From Candidatus Brocadiia bacterium (lineage in GTDB: Bacteria; Planctomycetota; Brocadiia; SM23-32): DNA of 64,000 nt. Position numbers and translations under genes: made by a program. The stretch lies in contig JBKHIT010000002.1 of NCBI GenBank assembly GCA_046538485.1, forward strand, positions 59,608-123,607. Reading direction: 5' to 3'. Of the stretch, positions 39,301-46,740 are shown piece after piece (the stretch's first letter is position 1; each line of letters opens with the position of its first letter). The notes under the pieces are model-generated. The model did no database searches. It saw only the letters and a program-made list of their open reading frames with translations, and had not been told where the DNA came from.

Positions 39301-41277
39301 CTGAGATATCACATAGGGAGGGTCAGGGAAGACGGCGCGAAACCGTGGGCTTTGCTTGGATACAGCGCTTATTATGCCGCTGGAGTGGGTTTTGAGCAAA
39401 TGATGAGGGGAGCTTTTCAACGAAGAAAAAGGGATGCCGGGCACGCCGTGGATGTCTTCCTGGTTCCTGAACGAATGGATGATTGGGATCATTACACCTG
39501 CGAGGTCATGCGTGGGGTTGGCCAGGGCCTGGCCGGCTGGATCTTGTGGAACAATCCGGATGGGTCGGGCCCCCTGGCGGTGGAACCCAAAAAGTTTGCC
39601 TCCATGGCGAAAATAGCCGACCAATGGCGCCGACGTTACTGTCCGGAGAAACCTCTGTTGATCGGGGGAATGAGCTCCAATACGGCTATCCCATATCTGC
39701 GGAAGTTAGGCAAACAAAATGCTTTGGAACATGTCAGCGGAGTGAATGTTCGTATGGACGTCGGACGGCTTTCCCCGGAAGACGCTGAGATTGTCAATTA
39801 TATTGAGGAGCTTCGCTCAGAAATGCCTCAGGCTGAAGAACATCGTTACGTTCTTGTGACGGATCTCGACTGGGCCGTTGAGAAAGAAGGGAGCGGGCTC
39901 TGCGTGTTTGACCAGGCCGCGTTTTTGACGCGCTCATACATGATGTTAAACCGTTTCGGAATTCGGCCTGTTTTGCAAATTGCGAACGAAGATTATGATC
40001 GACTCGGGCTGGGTCTGGCGTATCGGGATCGCCTTTATGTACCGCCGATGCGGGCCCGACCGAGTGATTATCATTTTAAACCTTCCTGGTGGGCGATGGC
40101 CCGGGTGCGAGAACTGTTTGGCAATTTCCATTCGACGGGAAGCGTTGAAATCAGCGATATTATTCCCGGGCAAACCCGGTGCTTGCTTTTCGAAAAAAGC
40201 GGAGAGGATGTGACTGTCGTCGTATTATGGCGTTTGTATCGGCCGGGAGAAATCTCTTTTGAAAATACAGGTCTCGAAGTGACTGAATCATGGGACCTGT
40301 TTGGAACTCCCATTAAGCCGACTGAGAAATGGTTCTCCGTGGGGAAAATGCCCACTGCGTTCCGTATCCCCGTGAAACCGACTGTTGCGGAGCAAGCATT
40401 GAGACTTCTGCAGGTGAAAAGTCCAGATGGGCTGAGCTGGCCCCAGACGGTTATATCGGTAATAAAACCGGGAGGAAAAGATTATAAACAGACCGGCGGC
40501 CAAAAAGCGGTTTTCAAGGGCAAAACGGTGACTGCACGCAGCTGGGAAGGTAATGGTTTGCGGTTCAAAAAAGGTGGTTCGGAGGAATTTTCAGTGCCAG
40601 TGCCGAAAGATTACGGACTGGTTCTCAGGAAACGCTTCCTGCTGGAAGAGATCGGGCAAGACGCGGAGGTGGCGGTCAATGGGAAAAAAGTAGCGGAGTG
40701 GAATCTGCGGCGGCACAAAAAACAGTTGTCCGGTGGCGTGCGAGATAGCTCTTTTTTCATTGGAAGGAAGCATTTAAAAAATTCAGACGAGGCAAAAATA
40801 ACGGTCAAATACCCGGACGCAGCCAATACGATCGAGTGGCGGATTTTTGCGTATCGAGAAGGCGCCTTCCCACTCTCAGCTCTCGGCCCTCTGTATGCGG
40901 AACAGAATGTTGGGCACATAAGGTTTGGACGCAACAGTCTCGGGATGCCACTGAAAATTGCTGGCAAATCATTTAAAAACGGACTGGGGACATTTGCCCG
41001 TAGTCTGGTGGAATATCAAATCAACGGGCAATTTAAGAAGCTGAAGGCAGAAGTCGGTGTGGATGCCGTCACAGAAGGGAAAGGATCCGTTGTGTTCAAA
41101 GTGTTTGGTGACGGGGAAGAACTGTGGTCTTCACCTGTAATGTCGGGGTTGGATGAAGCCCGACCGGTGGAGATAGATGTGAGCAGTGTAGATCGGTTGC
41201 GTCTGGTGGTTGATAACGCTGGCGATGGCAACCGCTATGATGCTGCAAATTGGGGCAGAGCCCGCCTGCTGCGCTAA
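36391..41277 (+). CDS. Giant secreted protein (1628 aa) with three internal beta-sandwich repeats and a C-terminal NPCBM (NEW2-like) carbohydrate-binding domain
   Basis: The start overlaps the upstream stop (ATGA) and carries a signal peptide MKRVLGTTITLWIAALVFLSLNCAVAA. Three paralogous segments (WVKGDGSGNNLRI, WVKGDGNGAELWA, WVHGDGKGEIMY) are each followed by a W..L.F motif. The C-terminus GKSFKNGLGTFARSLVEYQINGQFKKLKAEVGVDAVTEGKGSVVFKVFGDGEELWSSPVMSG...LVVDNAGDGNRYDAANWGRARLL matches the NPCBM domain pattern. Confidence 0.7.
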   Translation: MKRVLGTTITLWIAALVFLSLNCAVAAQPHNIVENFTARLNSSDQIHSSVVTTDPWRGVGHAHLTYKAEGRHRRASLFLPDEKYRVPGPGTVKMWVKGDGSGNNLRICVRHARVQHDRHGRRRLQHHEDIWSRQVKLDFAGWKRLSFDMSEIPDDRSAWWRCLEITVPRGQEAKMSGKLALDEFVQIPKKSRPKGAVAVTLIGPRIRNFSRKIAVSLDVRNFTRKSQEIKARVVATDRNENLVLDRDFTIKAEPFARISADENKTSEHHLELVPDQIARFLPPFKVQCDVGSELTDLSVSRSFKVVMGNSIYLFDDLSDVYGRWFTAGGGDLKSMRHWPKWIMGEQQRYSPFYQTSARLTRVPVEHKPTGKLLAERYLGKYAMKFDYRGNAAVYMTRRRYLPGNAYRMGVWVKGDGNGAELWARFLDYTDNADFWPGGWQRIGRGGRVVCKLDFTDWRYFELELPGGGIGRNTPRGSTDALDFPLELTAFRIEPGKEKSSGSVQIGAIHVHTQQPQRKTLAVQVGYEDAERRWWSEGDAWAAVQNSWPGGGRKVRVTWNLLDRKNEEIASGQKELGLNPVATANVEIPLSKFAAKIEKCLAPFRLQVVATDTEDFSTSTTRELIIAKPDSSALVADFEAERGYLGMLPRGMERKKPAGEFVAWTSAKVSHGGQRSLAINWKKEAGLQLPVSVDPPLPGVPVELSLWVHGDGKGEIMYPLIGDKRGVSHGAHGGQWDLFLPRTSAGKFQNVVKVDWKGWKKLTFNLPVIPPTWQEKLPVLGFEASYPLGVHLMVDGRDASAEMGTIYVDDLRAETHLAPQHRVNMRLRPMGRTNVLRPGEAARVLVTNHGMADESNVEIEGGIYDWRGRKRVEVDEKRALKPMAHVGLECGEKLPVGAYKIALDLKQNAKKLEHLSKDFLVGDLSKYLGSGWEEQIDDSPALKRPLGEDFARIDEDWDWVEHYPGNVQLDTLRYHIGRVREDGAKPWALLGYSAYYAAGVGFEQMMRGAFQRRKRDAGHAVDVFLVPERMDDWDHYTCEVMRGVGQGLAGWILWNNPDGSGPLAVEPKKFASMAKIADQWRRRYCPEKPLLIGGMSSNTAIPYLRKLGKQNALEHVSGVNVRMDVGRLSPEDAEIVNYIEELRSEMPQAEEHRYVLVTDLDWAVEKEGSGLCVFDQAAFLTRSYMMLNRFGIRPVLQIANEDYDRLGLGLAYRDRLYVPPMRARPSDYHFKPSWWAMARVRELFGNFHSTGSVEISDIIPGQTRCLLFEKSGEDVTVVVLWRLYRPGEISFENTGLEVTESWDLFGTPIKPTEKWFSVGKMPTAFRIPVKPTVAEQALRLLQVKSPDGLSWPQTVISVIKPGGKDYKQTGGQKAVFKGKTVTARSWEGNGLRFKKGGSEEFSVPVPKDYGLVLRKRFLLEEIGQDAEVAVNGKKVAEWNLRRHKKQLSGGVRDSSFFIGRKHLKNSDEAKITVKYPDAANTIEWRIFAYREGAFPLSALGPLYAEQNVGHIRFGRNSLGMPLKIAGKSFKNGLGTFARSLVEYQINGQFKKLKAEVGVDAVTEGKGSVVFKVFGDGEELWSSPVMSGLDEARPVEIDVSSVDRLRLVVDNAGDGNRYDAANWGRARLLR

Positions 41278-41307
41278 CCCGCATATGGGTCGGAGAATTT
41301 CAGAGAG

Positions 41308-41352
41308 GTGCAGGTCCGCATCGACGAGGCGGGCCCGCCGGTGGTCGTGTGC
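41308..41352. repeat. Copy B of the ~45 bp intergenic motif (see 9408-9452)
   Basis: gcAGGTCCGCATCGaCGAGGCGGgcccGCCGgtGGTcGTgtGC lies in the 560-bp convergent intergenic region after giant protein 2. It contains the 10-nt palindrome GCGGGCCCGC. Confidence 0.6.
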
Positions 41353-41841
41353 AGTTTGCGGGGAGATCTGACGGCTTTGGAGCTGCTTTCTGAGAAAGTT
41401 ACAAATGTGAATAGGTTTTACGTGCCTTCTCAGCGCACCGGCGCTGGCTCTGGAATGGGGTGAAGAGTTGGGCCGTGCCAAACGGGACACCAGTTTTCTT
41501 TTTTCCCGAACCTTTCGGTAAATTGTTCAATAGGGCATGATGAGCCACTTTCTGGCCAACAGTCTTCTTCATCTGCCGGGCAAGCCGGCACGGGCCGTGT
41601 TTATTGGATGAGGGGATTTAGATTATGAAATGGGAATGCCCTATGCGCACCGTCGTTACGCAAAAATCGATGCCGGGTATTTACTTGAAACTTTGCGGGG
41701 ATAGTTTTTGAGAGGTCTGTGCCGAAGGGGTCGTTAAACTCTACTGTTTTTCGCGAAGCTGGCGGGACCAAAAATAATAGACCGCAAATATGCGACGACG
41801 TGCGCGGGGGAAAAAGAGGAATTGTCCTTCCGTTCAAATAT

Positions 41842-42864
41842 CTATTTTTCCTTTTTGATTTGCTGGATGATTTGTTTGATGTATTTGCCTTCACGTGAAT
41901 CGGGATTGAAGGAGATGGCTTTTTGAAGCGTTTTCAGGGCTTTTTCCCTTTTGCCTTGCTGGGCATACAGGATGCCGAGGAAGTAGTGATCTTTCTGAGG
42001 TTCTTTGAGTTTAACACCGGCTTCCGTAAGCTTCTCCATTTTATCAGTAGCTTCCACTACCTGTTTTTTCAATTGCGCCGGGGGAGTACTCCGGGCATTT
42101 TGCAACAGGCTCATCACGTAGGATGTTACGGCTTTTTCCCAGAAACCGTCTTTGTTTTTGGGGTCAAATGTCCGGACCTGATTGAGAGCCTCACTCAGCT
42201 CGTCCTTTTTCCCTGATTTTTGCAGAGTTTGGAAACGGATCATCGCTGCTTTTGCCCCATTTCCCCGTTTGTTATCGGGATCAAGCTCGAGAACTTTTTC
42301 GGCTGCATGAAGTGCCTTTTTGTGTTGCTGGACGCCCATGTAGATATTCATCGCCTGAACATTAAATTCGTAACTGTCTGTATCGGCTGTTTTGGTTTTT
42401 TTCTGGAATGTCTTGAAACTCTGCAATTTTTTCTGTCCGGTTTCCAGCTTTTTGACAAAAGGATCTACGGGAAGATACCCGGCCCAGGAATTGAAGACTA
42501 TCCCATCGGCAGTAACCTGCACCAGGAAAGGGTACCCTCCACCTCCCCATTTTTTCATTAATTTACGGTATTTCTTAGCGTTTTCGAGTTCTTTTCCCTT
42601 TCGGTTTCGCACCGTACAGTCGAGGCTTACAGGAACGAATGCTTTGAGCGCCTGTTTGCCTTTTTTGTTGTTGTAAACATCTTTTTCGATTCTCCGGCAC
42701 CAACCGCACGACTCGGTCGTGAAGTGCACATAAAGCGGTTTGCTTTCTTTGCGGGCCAGTTTCTTGGCTTTCTCCCAATCACTGAGAAAATAGTCAACGC
42801 CTGCAGCAGCATGAAGAAGCGGAGAGGCGAGGATTAAAAGACAGACGGCAAATAACTTTTTCAT
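41842..42864 (-). CDS. Secreted thioredoxin-fold (CxxC) protein with C-terminal TPR-like repeats
   Basis: It has a signal peptide MKKLFAVCLLILASPLLHAAAG and a thioredoxin-like CxxC in YVHFTTESCGWCRRIEKDV. The C-terminal half is Lys-rich and helical-repeat (TPR-like). Its GC content (~45%) is lower than its surroundings. Confidence 0.6.
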   Translation of the reverse strand: MKKLFAVCLLILASPLLHAAAGVDYFLSDWEKAKKLARKESKPLYVHFTTESCGWCRRIEKDVYNNKKGKQALKAFVPVSLDCTVRNRKGKELENAKKYRKLMKKWGGGGYPFLVQVTADGIVFNSWAGYLPVDPFVKKLETGQKKLQSFKTFQKKTKTADTDSYEFNVQAMNIYMGVQQHKKALHAAEKVLELDPDNKRGNGAKAAMIRFQTLQKSGKKDELSEALNQVRTFDPKNKDGFWEKAVTSYVMSLLQNARSTPPAQLKKQVVEATDKMEKLTEAGVKLKEPQKDHYFLGILYAQQGKREKALKTLQKAISFNPDSREGKYIKQIIQQIKKEK

Positions 42865-43228
42865 ATTTTTCCCTTTTGAGAAACGAGTGGATAGCCGAAA
42901 TCATAAAAACCCATTATATTGAGCATAGGTCATTTTGAGGTTTTATGTCAATGCATCAGAGCGCTCTTTAATTGCCTGATAGGTGAAACGGGAAGAACAC
43001 AAGAACAGTTGAGTCCTGTGTTCGATACAGATTCCGTGGGCAAACCTGCGTTTCGAGTGTATTGGTGGCTTATATCGAGCGGGAGGAATAGATTGGACCG
43101 CTTTTCCGCCTTTGCTCGGTTGAAAAAACAAGGGCTTGCGGTCATGCTGCACCCTGATCAATAGCAGTTTTATTTTTGTACGAGGCCAAACCGAAAAGCT
43201 CTTTTCATACGGAAGGCAGGTTATAGAA

Positions 43229-46200
43229 ATGTATGTGAGGGTGCAAAACATTCTTCTGTGGGTTTTGCAGATACTTCTCTCTGCAACGTTGCTGCCCGCG
43301 GTTGGCTTTGCGGCGGAGGCGGAGGTCTTACAGGCGAAGGAGATAGAATCAGAACTCGGGCGCGTAACCGACCTCCGAGTGGTTCACCGCGGTGCTATTG
43401 AGCACCTTCAGGATGCCCGTACGCTGACGGTTTATCTTGCTGGCTGGGGAGGGCCTGACCGGGACCCCGAGGTCGAAGACCTGATGGTCGAGGCGGAAGG
43501 ACTCTATGGCCTGATTCGGGGAGTCGATTACGGAGCGAGCGGTTTGCAGGCTCAATTTAATGTTGCCACCAGCAACAAGAAAGAGACGGTCAAGAGACCT
43601 GCGGTTGAATCTCTTGCGCTTCTCCAACGTGCGCGTCGTTCAGTGGCCGAGCAGGTAAATGATTTCTACCGACGATGCGTGGCGTTGAAAAAAGATCTTC
43701 GCAAGCGGGTACGAGAAACTGCGCGCCAGAAAATCCAATGGGAGATAACCGAAAAGGCGGCCGCCTGGGGGAGTCCTGTGCTTGAAAGAGGACGCCGTTC
43801 GGGTCTTCGCTTTGGGTGGAGGTTGCGTGAAAGGGACCGCAGAACGGATTTTTTTGATTACAGCGACGAGCGCAAGAACCACGTTCTCGCCACGGGCGCC
43901 CGGATGGGTATTTCATTCGTAAACGTCTATTACAACAAGGTTTGTAACTGGTCAGTTATCGAAAAAGAGAAGGGGGAGTATGATTTTGCCCCCCTTGATA
44001 ATATCGTCAAACGCGCCCACAAATACGGCATTCGTGTGACCCCAATGCTGGCCTGTTTGAACGGATCACCACCAGAATGGCATCTTGAGAAAGAGGGCAA
44101 GGACAGCCAGTTCACTGTCTTAAGACGAAGACGCCGCCGCGAACCAAAAAAGGAAGTTCAGACAGGAATCAATTTGTTCCATGAACCAACGCGCAAAGCC
44201 TTCACGCGTTTTTTGACGGCCTATGCGCGTCATATCCGGCAAAAATGGGCAGAACAAATTCCGGCCGTCTATGCACCGGGGACCCAGCGCGAACTCAGCG
44301 CACCCGCAGATCGGTCGGAGATTATGGATCAGTTCTGGCGACGCTGGGACCGAGCGCACGGGGGCGATGGGAAGAGCGAATGGGTGATACCGGAAGAAAT
44401 TGACCGTGAGAGAAAAGGCGGTGAACGCGCGTATGTCCGGGCCGAAATGTGCCGGGAGGACTGGCTTATTCAGTACGTGCGAACGGTTCATAAGGCGTTG
44501 AAACAAGGCCACGACGAGTTAATTGTTCAGATGCCGACCACAAGCGATGATTTCCACAGACTTTTCGCGGCTCGAACGGGTAATTCGCGCGATCTGAGCC
44601 GACTCTGTGAGTTGACGGATAACCCCGGGACTTCCACGGACAGCCCGGCTGGATTCGGAGTGCTGCGCAGCTTGGCGGACGGGGCGTGGCGATGGTCGCA
44701 GGACGTCCATTCAGGTTGCGGAATCATTGCTGCTGCGGCCACATCAAATGCGACGTTGCACGGTTGTGTGCGGATTGCTATCGGGGAACCTGCAAACAGT
44801 TTGCGGGCCTATTTCCCACGAAGCTGGTTCCGCTATTGTGACTGGCAGATCGGCGGGTTCGGTATTGGATCTTACTACCTTGCGCCGATGCGCTGTCAGG
44901 AACTTTCTGCGCTGATTCTCAACACCCGTCGGGCAGACGCGCCGATTGCTGTACTGTGGAGCCAGAGCAGTCTACGGCGCGACAAGAACAGTCGTTGGTT
45001 CAAAAGCGCGATGGCATGGGGCCATCTTCTCGCCAGGTCCTATTTTCAGTTCGATTATATTGCTGAGAACGGCCTCGCGGAAAATCTTAAAAATTACAGA
45101 ATTTTGATTCTACCGTCGACCCATACGTTGCCAGATGGGGTTAGCAAAACGATCCGGCAGTGGGTTCGAGGGGGCGGTATTCTTCTGGGATTTGGGGCGC
45201 CCGGTCTTTACGATGAATTTGGGGTTCGACGCAAAGGACTGCCTCTGGCGGACGTTTTTGGGGCGGAATTCGCCGGGTTCCGGGTTCCAGCGCCCATCCG
45301 ACCCGACAGACTGGTGACGACACACCCGGAAGGTTCGTATGTTTCGATCCCCCCGCACGATTACAAGTTCGAGGCGAGCACTTACGCGGTGCTTGAGCCA
45401 ACGGATGGCAAGGCCCGGGCATTTTATGCTTCGCGTCACGAGCAGGTAGCCATTGTGGAGCACAAGTTTGGTGAAGGTGAGGCTATGCTCAGTGGATACC
45501 CCGTGGGGTTTGAGTACTGGCAGGCTGCACCTTACGAAATGGGGCTCGGATTGACCCATCATCGCCAGCTCGATTACAATCCTGAAATTAAACGATACGA
45601 ACATTGGCTGGCAAAAGAACTCGAAAAACGGGGCGTAAAGCGAGAACTGGTGCCGGCATACGGTCGCATGCTGCGTTCCCAGCGCGGGGATGATCCCGAC
45701 TGGTTCCACATCTTCCGCAACAATCCCGAATATCGGGAGTACATGTTCGAAACTGATCGACCGGTCCGGGCGGTCTACGCCATCCCTCGTAAGAGAGAGG
45801 GGATTGACAACTTTTACGTGACTTTTACCAATACTCAGGCTAACTATTTATGGGAACGCGGATATTTCGTCAGCACACTGGCCGGGGGACGTGTCATGAT
45901 GGCGGTGCTGGCGGAGGATAGATGGGAAGAAACGCCTGTCGTTTTTGACGCGCGCCTCAGAGTTCCTGTTCCGGCCGAAATTAAGAAGGGTAGGATCAAG
46001 ATGCAGCTTGTTGATAGAGGATATACAGCTCGGGAGGCTAAGCCGGCTCATATGGACGGGCGGTACCTTCGTTTTGAAACCTGGCTGCCGGTTTCTCGCG
46101 CGGCAGGATATGCCATCGCGCCGCAGGGAAAAGTCCGTTTGTTTGGACAGACCGAACCTGACGGCGAGACTCCGGATGCGGTCTTTGAAAAAACTCAAGC

Positions 46201-46732
46201 CTGCGAAAAAGGTGAGAAACTTCGTGCGACTGAGATTCTTGCGCCGGCTGAAATCGGCGAGTTTTTGGAGAAACGGCGGGGCAAGGAACTTCTCATCGGG
46301 TGCGGGGATCGGCGTTACCGGCCGGTCGGCGAGGAATTGGCCACGTGGTTGAGGGAAAAATACAATATTGAGGCCAAAACGACGACAGCAGGTCCTCGCG
46401 CGACGACGAATTGCACATATATGTCAGGTTTTGGTTGGACCCGTTACGGTAAAAACCCGGTGGAGGCCGATATACTTGTGGGCAATGATCAGTCCAACGG
46501 TTTAATGTGGAAGTTCGCCGACAGCAAAGACTGGGTGCACTGGTTACCGGTGGAGGTCAATCAAGATTTCCCGGGTCTTGGGCATGCCATTGTAATGATG
46601 TCACTTCCGGTAAGGACCCGCGCGAACGGCCAGCCCGGCGGCAGAGGGGCCCCCAGTCACCTTATCATCGGCGCCAGCAATCCCTCGGATGCGCTTCGGG
46701 CGGTGAAGGAAATGAATGAGAGATTGAAGTAA
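43229..46732 (+). CDS. Large (~1167 aa) secreted GH42/GH35-like beta-galactosidase-family protein with extra domains
   Basis: The start MYVRVQNILLWVLQILLSATLLPAVGFA is a signal peptide. The TIM-barrel signature NWSVIEKEKGEYDFAPLDNIVKRAHKYGIRV matches the W..iEP.eG.YDF..LD pattern of GH42/GH35. ILILPSTHTLPDGVSKTIRQWVRGGGILLGFG resembles the GH42 trimerisation / GATase-like domain. Confidence 0.45.
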   Translation: MYVRVQNILLWVLQILLSATLLPAVGFAAEAEVLQAKEIESELGRVTDLRVVHRGAIEHLQDARTLTVYLAGWGGPDRDPEVEDLMVEAEGLYGLIRGVDYGASGLQAQFNVATSNKKETVKRPAVESLALLQRARRSVAEQVNDFYRRCVALKKDLRKRVRETARQKIQWEITEKAAAWGSPVLERGRRSGLRFGWRLRERDRRTDFFDYSDERKNHVLATGARMGISFVNVYYNKVCNWSVIEKEKGEYDFAPLDNIVKRAHKYGIRVTPMLACLNGSPPEWHLEKEGKDSQFTVLRRRRRREPKKEVQTGINLFHEPTRKAFTRFLTAYARHIRQKWAEQIPAVYAPGTQRELSAPADRSEIMDQFWRRWDRAHGGDGKSEWVIPEEIDRERKGGERAYVRAEMCREDWLIQYVRTVHKALKQGHDELIVQMPTTSDDFHRLFAARTGNSRDLSRLCELTDNPGTSTDSPAGFGVLRSLADGAWRWSQDVHSGCGIIAAAATSNATLHGCVRIAIGEPANSLRAYFPRSWFRYCDWQIGGFGIGSYYLAPMRCQELSALILNTRRADAPIAVLWSQSSLRRDKNSRWFKSAMAWGHLLARSYFQFDYIAENGLAENLKNYRILILPSTHTLPDGVSKTIRQWVRGGGILLGFGAPGLYDEFGVRRKGLPLADVFGAEFAGFRVPAPIRPDRLVTTHPEGSYVSIPPHDYKFEASTYAVLEPTDGKARAFYASRHEQVAIVEHKFGEGEAMLSGYPVGFEYWQAAPYEMGLGLTHHRQLDYNPEIKRYEHWLAKELEKRGVKRELVPAYGRMLRSQRGDDPDWFHIFRNNPEYREYMFETDRPVRAVYAIPRKREGIDNFYVTFTNTQANYLWERGYFVSTLAGGRVMMAVLAEDRWEETPVVFDARLRVPVPAEIKKGRIKMQLVDRGYTAREAKPAHMDGRYLRFETWLPVSRAAGYAIAPQGKVRLFGQTEPDGETPDAVFEKTQACEKGEKLRATEILAPAEIGEFLEKRRGKELLIGCGDRRYRPVGEELATWLREKYNIEAKTTTAGPRATTNCTYMSGFGWTRYGKNPVEADILVGNDQSNGLMWKFADSKDWVHWLPVEVNQDFPGLGHAIVMMSLPVRTRANGQPGGRGAPSHLIIGASNPSDALRAVKEMNERLK

Positions 46733-46740
46733 GATTCAGT

